A stretch of DNA of 64,000 bases from an uncultured bacterium. GTDB taxonomy: Bacteria; Acidobacteriota; HRBIN11; JAKEFK01. How positions within the stretch are numbered: position 1 is the stretch's first letter; the number at the start of each line of letters is the position of its first letter. Below, one piece after another: positions 20,040 through 28,979 of this stretch. The stretch covers positions 448,001-512,000 of the forward strand of contig CAVZQN010000003.1 of assembly GCA_963777505.1 (NCBI GenBank), read 5' to 3'. Position numbers and translations under genes: made by a program. The notes beneath the pieces are model-generated. The model made no database searches and was not told the DNA's origin. It was given only the letters and a program-made list of their open reading frames with translations.

Positions 20040-23000
20040 TTAGTTTACTTCAATACGCTGGAACGTACCGGTTCCGCGTCTGAGCTTATATCCAATACTA
20101 CCACCGTTTACAGCAGCACCAGGAGCAAGAGTGATGATATCCACTCCACCTACTGACGCAATGTAATTCGTACCATCGTATCGAATGCGTACTGTGTAGT
20201 CTGTATCGGGGTCAATGTTTAGAACGAATTTCTGTTTCGCAATGACTCTCTTGTTCACGCGATGTTTGAGCACCCAACTATTGGTTTGCTCTCTCATCAA
20301 CAATTCGACCATGTTGTTCTTGTCTTGAACATGGAACAAGAACCACACATAACCGTTGCCTGATGAACGCATCACAGTTTCTGCGTAACAGGTTGTGCAT
20401 CCACCAAAAGCTGGGATTGCGAAAGCTTGAATTTTCTTCGTACTTGATCCGCTCAACGCGTTTCCATCTTCTGACCACTTGGTGATCGTCTTGATGTAGG
20501 TCCAATCCGGATCCACGGTGCTGTCATTAAATTCATCGCAGAACAAGCATTCTGAGTCAACTGAATAGCTCGTTGTGCCTGTGCAATTGTTTGCATCCGT
20601 TGCTGTGATATCGAAATTGAAGCTACCTTCGATTGTTGGTGTTCCAGTAATCTGGCCCGTATTAGCGTCTAACGTTAATCCGGTTGGCAACGATCCGCTT
20701 GTTACTGCGAAGGTGTATGGAGCCGTTCCACCACTTCCTGATACTGTCTGATCATATAAAGATCCTACTGTGCCATTCGGAAGTGTAGCCGGAAGTACTG
20801 TAATCACCGGGCAGTTTATCGTTATTGAGTAGCTGACGGTGCCTGCGCAGCCAAAACTATCTGTTGCCGTGATCATAAAATTCGAAGTGCCCAGAGTAGT
20901 TGGCGTTCCTGTGATCTGTCCTGTGATTGGATTCAAGGTCAAACCATCTGGAAGCGTTCCGCTGCTTACTGTATATGCGTAAGGAGCCGTTCCACCAATA
21001 CCTGATACCGTTTGGTCATACAACACTCCAACTGAGCCATCAGGCAAGGTCGCCGGATTCAAAGTAATCACCGGACACACCATGCTAATGGAATAACTGG
21101 TTACTCCAGCGCAGTTATTCGCGTCTGTTGCTGTGATATCGAAATTGAATGTGCCGGAGGCTGAAGGTATGCCTGTGATTTGTCCCGTATTTGCATTCAG
21201 TGTTAATCCGGTTGGCAGTGTGCCGCTTGTAACTGCAAAAGTATAAGGCGCAGTACCACCGCTTCCTGATACGGTCTGATCATACAACGCTCCCACAATT
21301 CCATTCGGAAGTGTGCCAGGAAGTACTGTGATCGCCGGGCAGTCGATTGTTACGGTATAGCTGGTTGTGCCTGTGCATCCAAAATTATCTGTAGCCGTAA
21401 TATCAAAATTGAAAGGACCCAGAGCTGTTGGTGTTCCAGTAATCTGGCCTGTATTTGCATCAAGTGTTAATCCAGTTGGGAGTGATCCGCTTGTAACTGC
21501 AAAAGTATAAGGCGCAGTACCACCGCTTCCTGATACGGTCTGGTCGTACAACGTTCCCATCGTACCATTCGGAAGTGTGGATGGATTCACCGTAATTGCC
21601 GGACAACCCATTGTGATCGAATAGCTTGTTACGCCTGTGCAGCCATTCGCATCTGTAGCTGTGATATCGAAATTGAATGTGCCAGCTGCTGATGGTGTTC
21701 CGCTGATTTGGCCGGTGTTTGAATCCAGTGTTAATCCATCTGGAAGTGATCCGCTCGTAACTGCAAAAGTATACGGCTCTGCTCCACCGTTTCCTGAAAC
21801 TGTTTGATCGTATGCCGTTCCTACGGTGCCATTCGGCAGCGTAGCAGGAAGTACTGTTACTTCCGGACAGTTGATGTTTACGGTGTAGCTTGTTGTGCCT
21901 GTGCAACCAAAATTATCTGTTGCGGTGATATCAAAATTGAAAGTGCCCAGAGCTGTGGCTGTTCCACTGATCTGGCCAGTATTTGAATCCAGTGTCAATC
22001 CATCTGGAAGTAATCCGCTTGTAACTGCAAAAGTATAAGGTGCAGTTCCACCGCTTCCCGATACAGTTTCGTCATACGACACACCAATGGTGCCATCGGG
22101 CAATGTTGCCGGGTTTACGGTAATTGCAGGACAAGTCATCGTAATCGAATAACTGGTCACTCCGGTACAGGCATTTGCATCAGTTGCTGTGACATCGAAA
22201 TTGAACGTACCAGCAGCTGAAGGTGTTCCTGTGATTTGGCCAGTGCTTGAATTCAAAGTTAAACCATCTGGAAGTGTTCCGCTTGTAACTGCAAACGTAT
22301 AAGGTGCAGTTCCACCACTTCCTGATACCGTTTCATCGTACAAGGTACCAACAGTGCCGCCAGGTAGTGTGCCGGGATTTACTGTGATTACAGGACAACT
22401 AATTGTTACGCTGTAACTTGTAATACCTGTGCAACCAAAACTATCTGTTGCGGTGATATCAAAGTTGAAAGTGCCAAGAGCTGTTGGTGTTCCACTGATC
22501 AGTCCTGTGTTTGAATCCAGATTTAATCCAGTTGGAAGTGATCCGCTTGTAACTGCAAAAGTGTGTGGCGTGGTTCCACCGACTGCTGATACCGTCTCAC
22601 TATATGAGACTCCAATTGTGCCACCAGGTAAGGTTCCTGGATTTACGGTAATTGCAGGACAGGCAATCGTGACCGAATAAGTGTTTACACCTGTACAGTT
22701 ATTAGCATCTGTCGCAGTAATATCGAAACCGAACGTGCCAGATGCTGAAGGTGTGCCGCTAATTTGCCCCGTATTTGTATCGAGCGTTAATCCAGTTGGC
22801 AGTGAGCCGTCCGTAACTGCAAAAGTATAAGGAGCTGCTCCCCCAACACCTGAAACAGTTTGATCATACGAAGTTCCGACAACGCCATCTGACAGAGTTG
22901 CAGGATCCAGGGTAATTTCGGGACAGACAACTGCAATTGAGAAATCCTGTGTACCGCTGCATCCGTTTGCATCGGTAGCTTCAATCGTGAAATTGAATGT

Positions 23001-26000
23001 GCCTAACGCTGTTGCAGGTCCAACAATCTGTCCGGTATTTGGGTTCAGTGATAACCCATCCGGAAGCGCTCCATCAATAAGTGCGAACGTATACGGTTCC
23101 ACTCCGTTGTTGCCTGAAATGGTTTGATCATACGTAGCGCCCAATATTCCATCGGGAAGTGTTGATGGGCTCATCGTTATTTCAGGACAAATGTTTGTAC
23201 AACAATCTGACCCTGTAATGTTCAGAGTCCAACCACTGGCAATAGAGCCGACATCAGACGATCCATCGTCCCGTACGTACAAATTCCAGTCGCCATTCGG
23301 ATCTGTGCCGTTAAACTCAGATAAGGTTGTTGCGTATGGCGGAGGAGGTGCAGGTGCTTGTATCGTGTCGCCCGCTAAGTAATCCGCAGGGCGGAAAGTA
23401 CCTGTCGTTAAAAGAGTGCTGTCGGGAATTGCTGTTGCAGCCGCATCATCAAAAGTTAGATTGGCTAGATTGGCATTTCCGCCGCCGCCGGCTTCTCCCA
23501 TTAGCATCACTTTCTGACCTTGCGGTCCAACCAACATCACATCAACATCATCAGGGAATGTATGCGTAAAGCCGTTCAGTTGAACGGTAACTTTTGCTAC
23601 ACCGCTCGTCATTCCGCTAACGTTAATTGTGGAAGGAAATGGATTTCCGATTGCAACATCAGGAATATTTATAGTTGTCGGATTGCTGAATGAAGTGACG
23701 GAACCAGGAACGCCTGTGGAAAGATTGAAAGACACAGTGCCGAGGTCCGTTGCGCCATCTTGCAAACTAAATGTTGCAACTAAATTCTCGCCGCATACTC
23801 CATTCGAAGTAAATGTAAACTCACGCGAGTCTGCCGGGCCACCTGCGATTAAAGCGCCGTAGCTTTGCGGACCACTCGGTGAAGTAATACCACCTGTTTC
23901 CAGCAGAGTTGCTACTAAATTAGTAGTATCCGCAGTTCCGACATTCTGAAGTTCAAATCCCATCGAAACTGTTTCGCCGGGATCAATCATTCCATTGAAG
24001 GGAACGCAATTTTCATCTGTAATGGTTGTAGCACCGTCAAGAATCACAGGTGCAGCTACCTCAACACAGTTGTAACAAACGAGAGCAAAATCTTGATCGG
24101 TTCCATCGGCATCACCGGGAACGCCATTTCCCGCGATGTTCGTTGCGTTGATATTGATTGTAAATGAACCGGTAGTACCGGCAGGCAGAAAAATGCTTTC
24201 CAGGTTGTCATTTAAATCAGCGGCACCACCAGGGATTGAGTTCGCACCAAGAAATACATTTCCTCTGTACGTATTACCGCCGAGTGTGATGGAAAGATCC
24301 AGGTTATTAACAAATGCGTTACCAGATGTCGGACCCGGAGCATCAGTCCATGCCAGACTTACGCGGAATGGCTTTGTTGGATCCGCAATAACACCTGTAA
24401 GAGTTCTATTTTGTCCGCTGTTATCGAACTCATCGGCTGGAAGTTGATCTCTTAGAATTCGGGCTGTACCATCAAATGAAAGTCCCAAATCCATTTCTCC
24501 AGTGCCTTGAGTGTTCGATGGAAGTGTGTCATTACCACCAGCACCAGTCAGATATCTTGAGGCGTTAGTTAAATAGGCTTTCGTCATTGCAGGGCTTGGC
24601 GGCGTACTTCCATTATTGATGAAATATTGACGGAGAAGTGCCGCGCCTCCTGCTACTGCAGGAGCTGAATGGCTTGTACCGGTAGAGGCGGTCGTCCATT
24701 CCTGGCCGGCTGGGAAGAATTCACTTCCAGCTGTACCAGCGCAAACACTGCTTGCATCAAAGCATGCATTATCGTTTCCATTCGGAAAAGTTAAAGGAGA
24801 TGTCTGAAAAACACCACCCGTAACGTGAGTGCCTGGTGCCATAATGTCAGGTTTTGTCCGGCCATCATCCGTTGGACCACGGCTGGAAAATGATGCCACA
24901 TCATTTGCATTATCAGCAAAAGTATCATCAGCTCCACATCCATCAGCTGCACCGAAAGGATGTACGTTTTCTGCGGCGCCAACACTGATTACATTCTTAC
25001 CAGTAGATGGTGCGCCAACTGTGTTTGCTACAGGACCGGCGTTGCCGGCTGAAAACACAATTACCATTTCTTGATTGCCTGCAACTGCAATAGCAGCTCC
25101 TGTTGGTTGTGCGTCACGAACCAACGCATCATATCTTTGGGAGTCAGAATTGTAGGCTCCATTCGGAGTAGACTGTCCCCAGCTATTATTGCTAATCCGC
25201 ATACCATCGTTATAAGCACGGGACTGAAGGTCCTCATAATCCGGGAACGAAAAAGTACCAGTGAAGATTACGGATGCACCTACTCGAACAAATGGCGCAA
25301 TACCAAGGTTATAGTTGTAACTGGAAGCATCTTCATGTGGAAATCCTGTAAGGTCGTTGTAACCCGCAATGATGTGTGCATTTAGATTCCCATGGCCAAA
25401 ACAACCACGGATCTCACCGAATCCAATATTTGATTCGCGTCTTACATATGCAACGCGGTCAGGATTTGAAGTATTTCCAAGTTGAAAAAGGGCAGGGTTC
25501 GTTGGAGTTGCAGTACCATTATCAACACCATCATCCGTTACATCGACTCCGAAACCGGAAGCCGTGAACTGAGCCTGGGTGAAGCCTTTCGAACTAAGCC
25601 ATGAAAGATAATCGGCAGGTCCGGGATTGTTTCCGCTAAGATTCCCGGTCAGGATTATAGCCTGACGCTCATCATTCAATTTCATGTCAGGAGCAAGTTG
25701 AATGGAAACAACATCAGGCTGTTTCGCAATTTCAAAAACACTCTCTGGATTTAATCGAACCTTAATATTTACATAGCCAAGATCATTAGAATAACTATAA
25801 ATGTCTTCCAATTTTAATTTTTCGATTGTGCTGACGGTCAGACTATTTACTTCAGCATCTTCCACAAGCTGAATCGAATATATATCGGAAGGAAGTTTGC
25901 GGGGCGTTCCTTTTTCATCTACCGGCAAAGCATGACGATGAATCTTATATTCATTTAAGAATGGTCCTTCCCACTGAATAAAATTTTTAGAATGACTGAG

Positions 26001-26498
26001 TGATTGAACGGTTGAGACCGCAGATGGATCTCCGTAAACCAAATATGCGTAGTGAGGAATATATGAAACAATCCGAACGCCAGTGCGAGACAACTGTTCA
26101 TACCATTCATCTTGCGTTGGACCGCTAAACTGAACTAAATGCAGACCCTTTCCACCGAAGTCAGTTTTTGAACCTCGGCTAGCTTGCATTTCAGGTGTAC
26201 GGGTATCAATGTGGCCCGAGTTCAACAAGATTTTGTTCTGATCAAGATTCTTTTTAGAGCCTTCTGCCTGTTCGTCTTTCTTAGCAGTTTCTGTTTTCTT
26301 GATGTTGTTTTGAGCGACCCGCGCCGGGCTTGATTCCTTGATTGAGCCTGGTTTGGATTGATCTGATTTTTTCAGATCCGCTGATTGTGTTTGTTGTTTG
26401 ATCTTCTCTGTCTTTTGTGCACTGCTGGTCATTACAAAAGACGTGACGAAAATCAAAACGATAATAGGCAGTAATACCCTAAAGAACTTGAGCCCCAT
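20040..26498 (-). CDS. Large secreted S8 (subtilisin-like) peptidase with P-domain, ten Ig-like repeats and a C-terminal beta-rich domain
   Basis: Signal peptide. Catalytic motifs VTDDGVD, HGNLNAH, FSAGN, SSRGP, KPDIMAPG, GTSHSAP. Proprotein-convertase-like domain (HTFPDDVDVMLVGP...GDWNLYVRD). GAGGAG RBS. Confidence 0.92.
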   Translation of the reverse strand: MGLKFFRVLLPIIVLIFVTSFVMTSSAQKTEKIKQQTQSADLKKSDQSKPGSIKESSPARVAQNNIKKTETAKKDEQAEGSKKNLDQNKILLNSGHIDTRTPEMQASRGSKTDFGGKGLHLVQFSGPTQDEWYEQLSRTGVRIVSYIPHYAYLVYGDPSAVSTVQSLSHSKNFIQWEGPFLNEYKIHRHALPVDEKGTPRKLPSDIYSIQLVEDAEVNSLTVSTIEKLKLEDIYSYSNDLGYVNIKVRLNPESVFEIAKQPDVVSIQLAPDMKLNDERQAIILTGNLSGNNPGPADYLSWLSSKGFTQAQFTASGFGVDVTDDGVDNGTATPTNPALFQLGNTSNPDRVAYVRRESNIGFGEIRGCFGHGNLNAHIIAGYNDLTGFPHEDASSYNYNLGIAPFVRVGASVIFTGTFSFPDYEDLQSRAYNDGMRISNNSWGQSTPNGAYNSDSQRYDALVRDAQPTGAAIAVAGNQEMVIVFSAGNAGPVANTVGAPSTGKNVISVGAAENVHPFGAADGCGADDTFADNANDVASFSSRGPTDDGRTKPDIMAPGTHVTGGVFQTSPLTFPNGNDNACFDASSVCAGTAGSEFFPAGQEWTTASTGTSHSAPAVAGGAALLRQYFINNGSTPPSPAMTKAYLTNASRYLTGAGGNDTLPSNTQGTGEMDLGLSFDGTARILRDQLPADEFDNSGQNRTLTGVIADPTKPFRVSLAWTDAPGPTSGNAFVNNLDLSITLGGNTYRGNVFLGANSIPGGAADLNDNLESIFLPAGTTGSFTININATNIAGNGVPGDADGTDQDFALVCYNCVEVAAPVILDGATTITDENCVPFNGMIDPGETVSMGFELQNVGTADTTNLVATLLETGGITSPSGPQSYGALIAGGPADSREFTFTSNGVCGENLVATFSLQDGATDLGTVSFNLSTGVPGSVTSFSNPTTINIPDVAIGNPFPSTINVSGMTSGVAKVTVQLNGFTHTFPDDVDVMLVGPQGQKVMLMGEAGGGGNANLANLTFDDAAATAIPDSTLLTTGTFRPADYLAGDTIQAPAPPPPYATTLSEFNGTDPNGDWNLYVRDDGSSDVGSIASGWTLNITGSDCCTNICPEITMSPSTLPDGILGATYDQTISGNNGVEPYTFALIDGALPDGLSLNPNTGQIVGPATALGTFNFTIEATDANGCSGTQDFSIAVVCPEITLDPATLSDGVVGTSYDQTVSGVGGAAPYTFAVTDGSLPTGLTLDTNTGQISGTPSASGTFGFDITATDANNCTGVNTYSVTIACPAITVNPGTLPGGTIGVSYSETVSAVGGTTPHTFAVTSGSLPTGLNLDSNTGLISGTPTALGTFNFDITATDSFGCTGITSYSVTISCPVITVNPGTLPGGTVGTLYDETVSGSGGTAPYTFAVTSGTLPDGLTLNSSTGQITGTPSAAGTFNFDVTATDANACTGVTSYSITMTCPAITVNPATLPDGTIGVSYDETVSGSGGTAPYTFAVTSGLLPDGLTLDSNTGQISGTATALGTFNFDITATDNFGCTGTTSYTVNINCPEVTVLPATLPNGTVGTAYDQTVSGNGGAEPYTFAVTSGSLPDGLTLDSNTGQISGTPSAAGTFNFDITATDANGCTGVTSYSITMGCPAITVNPSTLPNGTMGTLYDQTVSGSGGTAPYTFAVTSGSLPTGLTLDANTGQITGTPTALGPFNFDITATDNFGCTGTTSYTVTIDCPAITVLPGTLPNGIVGALYDQTVSGSGGTAPYTFAVTSGTLPTGLTLNANTGQITGIPSASGTFNFDITATDANNCAGVTSYSISMVCPVITLNPATLPDGSVGVLYDQTVSGIGGTAPYAYTVSSGTLPDGLTLNPITGQITGTPTTLGTSNFMITATDSFGCAGTVSYSITINCPVITVLPATLPNGTVGSLYDQTVSGSGGTAPYTFAVTSGSLPTGLTLDANTGQITGTPTIEGSFNFDITATDANNCTGTTSYSVDSECLFCDEFNDSTVDPDWTYIKTITKWSEDGNALSGSSTKKIQAFAIPAFGGCTTCYAETVMRSSGNGYVWFLFHVQDKNNMVELLMREQTNSWVLKHRVNKRVIAKQKFVLNIDPDTDYTVRIRYDGTNYIASVGGVDIITLAPGAAVNGGSIGYKLRRGTGTFQRIEVN
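20550..23189 (-). repeat. Ten tandem 264-bp (88-aa) putative-Ig (He_PIG-like) coding repeats
   Basis: Each unit reads CPxITxxPxTLPxG...YTFAVTSGxLPxGLTL...TGQIxG...FxITATDxxxCxG. 10 x 264 bp fits exactly from 23189 to 20550. Confidence 0.92.
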
Positions 26499-26628
26499 AT
26501 ATATGTCCCTCCTCGGACTAATGTGTAACGGAAAACTTAATGGAATTTCTCGCGGAGAAAGTGAAGATTGAAACGCGCCCGGATATAGACACCCTGACGC
26601 CTCCCCAAGAGTCCCCCAAACTTAAGAA

Positions 26629-26645
26629 AGCAATATCCATGCCGA
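26629..26645 (-). promoter_or_regulatory. Sigma-54 (-24/-12) promoter for the subtilase gene
   Basis: Minus strand reads TCGGCATGGATATTGCT = GG-N10-GC, matching TGGCAC-N5-TTGCW at most positions, about 130 bp upstream of the ATG. Confidence 0.7.
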
Positions 26646-26974
26646 TTCCCTTCTGCTCGAGAGCTTTTTAATGCTGCGGATGCCCAGTGCTTAATTTTTT
26701 GACAAGGCGCGTGCCCGGAAATAATTTTTTGTCGTCAAGAAAAACAAAAAAATAGACATGAATCACCAGACTTTTATCGGTTGATCAAAAACTAAACAGA
26801 ATATGTCAGTCGAAGTGACGTTTTTGAGCGCTTTCTAAGTACTAATACTATAGTATTAATCTCGTCGTAATCATCTTTTTTCAGTTACAATGAGACAATC
26901 CTGCATCTGAAAGAAGGAAACTTTTCCTGGATGGTTCTCGTCTGATACACTCAATGGATTGCTAGGAATAAGAA

Positions 26975-27580
26975 ATGCTGCATTTTACATTCATGGGCGG
27001 ATCAGAAGTCAGGCTTAAAGAGCAAGACAATATTGTCATTACTGTAATGGGTGACACAGAAATTCTGATGCCCACCCTGGCTGAAAAAATCATTTTCCTG
27101 AAGCGGATCAAAAAAGAGCAAGGATCTGACCTTGAGAATGTATCGCGCAGGACAAATGTAATTACGCTCATGGGTGCAACTCTTACAAAAATGCCTACGA
27201 TCGGAAGGGAAATTGAAGAGCTATTCAATCTTCGGGAATCGGAAATGATGTCAGACGAAGAGTTGATTCAGTTGTGGCGCGAGGTATTGGAAAAAGATGA
27301 TTTCGATGTAATTGAAAACATAACGATCATGGGAGGAGCAGGTGATGAGATGCCAGGCAAAAAAGAAGAAATGGCATCTTTGAATCGCCTTGTGCTGCGC
27401 GGTATTTTATCAGGTGAAGAAGCAGAAAGTATGAAAGAAGCTATAGAAAGTAAAAATTTTTCCGGACTAAAATCACAATCATTTCAAGATAAAATCCGAA
27501 ACCTTCTTATTCCGGAGCCTTTATATACACTCTCTTCATCCCGTAATCATCCAGCTTTAAAATCTCACCAAACTGAATAA
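26975..27580 (+). CDS. Hypothetical protein with repeated TxMG motifs
   Basis: 201-aa ORF with AGGA upstream; motifs FTFMGG, ITVMGD, ITLMGA, ITIMGG. Confidence 0.7.
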   Translation: MLHFTFMGGSEVRLKEQDNIVITVMGDTEILMPTLAEKIIFLKRIKKEQGSDLENVSRRTNVITLMGATLTKMPTIGREIEELFNLRESEMMSDEELIQLWREVLEKDDFDVIENITIMGGAGDEMPGKKEEMASLNRLVLRGILSGEEAESMKEAIESKNFSGLKSQSFQDKIRNLLIPEPLYTLSSSRNHPALKSHQTE

Positions 27581-27635
27581 AAGTGGTTATACTTCCATCG
27601 GCCGGCAGTGACGCCCGCCGTCCCCTTTTGCGTAT

Positions 27636-28979
27636 ATGAGAATTCTAATTGTTGATGACGAAAAGAATATTCGCGCTTCTCTCAGCCGTTTCTTTGATCT
27701 AAATGGCCATCAGGTTGAAACAGCCGAAAACGGACGTGAAGCTTTTGAAAGTGTTAGAAGAAATTCATTTGATTGCATTCTTTTGGATCTGAAATTACCG
27801 GATGCTGATGGAATCGAAATTTTAAGCCGGATTCGTGAACTCGATCCTTTTGTCCCTGTCATTCTTCTCACTGCTCACGGTACTACGGCAAAAGCTGTAG
27901 AAGCGATGAAAAAAGGTGCGTTCGATTTTTTTGAAAAACCGGCGGATGAAGAAAAGCTGCTCATTGCGGTGCGGAATGCGTCAGAACTTCATCGTTACAA
28001 CCGTGAAAAATCCGAAACTGTGCGTGAGCTTGATCAGAAGTATCAGTTGATCGGCAATTCTGCTTCCATGCAATTTCTGCGCGAACAAATTGATCTTGTT
28101 GCCGGTAAAAATAGTCGTGTTTTGATCACCGGTGAAAGCGGGACCGGAAAAGAGCTGGTAGCTTATGCAATTCATCGCAAGAGTGCGCGGCAGGATCACC
28201 CGTTTATTAAAGTGAATTGCGCAGCAATTCCGCAAGAACTATTTGAAAGTGAGTTGTTCGGTCACGAAAAAGGATCATTTACAGGTGCTGTACAACAAAG
28301 AATTGGCAGGTTTGAACAAGCCGATGGCGGGACGCTTTTTCTGGATGAAATAGGTGAAATTCCAGTTGCACTTCAGTCAAAGATTTTGCGTGCTCTTCAA
28401 GAAAATGAAATTCAAAGAATCGGAGGTCATCGTGAAATCAAGGTGGATGTGCGCGTCGTTGCAGCGACAAACCGTAATCTTGAAGAGGAAATGAAAAAAG
28501 GTAACTTTCGTGAGGATTTATTTTATCGCTTAAACGTATTTCCGATTGAAGTTCCACCACTCAAGCAGCATCGTGAAGATATTCCAACACTGATTGCTGG
28601 TTTCTTAATCAGGGTGGCTGCAGAAAATAACATGCACCCCAAGAAGCTGAACTCAGAAGCGATGGAATTGCTGACTTCATACGACTATCCCGGAAATATC
28701 CGGGAATTGCGAAATCTGGTAGAGCGTTTGTTGATTCTCTGCCGCGATGAAACTATTTCGGCAGCAGATGTCAGAAGAGTTTTGCCGGTTAAAGCGCAAT
28801 CCGGAGATTCGGCTCACGAACCACTACTTTATTCGAAGCTTGAAGATACTGAGAAAGATTTGATCATGCGAACCTTGGAAGAGAACCACTGGCACATTAG
28901 CCGTGTGGCGCGAATTTTAGGATTGGAACGAAGCCATCTTTACAAAAAGATGAAAAAGTACGGAATTTCGCGGCCTTAA
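27636..28979 (+). CDS. Sigma-54-dependent response regulator (NtrC/NtrX/AtoC family)
   Basis: Receiver domain (IVDDE, LLDLKLP), Walker A GESGTGKE, GSFTGA loop, FLDEIGE, FREDLFYRL, PGNIREL, Fis-type HTH. Confidence 0.95.
   Translation: MRILIVDDEKNIRASLSRFFDLNGHQVETAENGREAFESVRRNSFDCILLDLKLPDADGIEILSRIRELDPFVPVILLTAHGTTAKAVEAMKKGAFDFFEKPADEEKLLIAVRNASELHRYNREKSETVRELDQKYQLIGNSASMQFLREQIDLVAGKNSRVLITGESGTGKELVAYAIHRKSARQDHPFIKVNCAAIPQELFESELFGHEKGSFTGAVQQRIGRFEQADGGTLFLDEIGEIPVALQSKILRALQENEIQRIGGHREIKVDVRVVAATNRNLEEEMKKGNFREDLFYRLNVFPIEVPPLKQHREDIPTLIAGFLIRVAAENNMHPKKLNSEAMELLTSYDYPGNIRELRNLVERLLILCRDETISAADVRRVLPVKAQSGDSAHEPLLYSKLEDTEKDLIMRTLEENHWHISRVARILGLERSHLYKKMKKYGISRP

Noticed and set aside
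20550-23189. Tandem repeats considered as a CRISPR array or DGR template/variable pair
   Set aside because: The units are 264-bp in-frame protein domains without spacers; divergence is not adenine-specific, and there is no cas or reverse transcriptase gene.
26499-26974. Riboswitch or tRNA in the largest intergenic region
   Set aside because: No cloverleaf or recognisable aptamer core; the region is better explained by a sigma-54 promoter with upstream sites.
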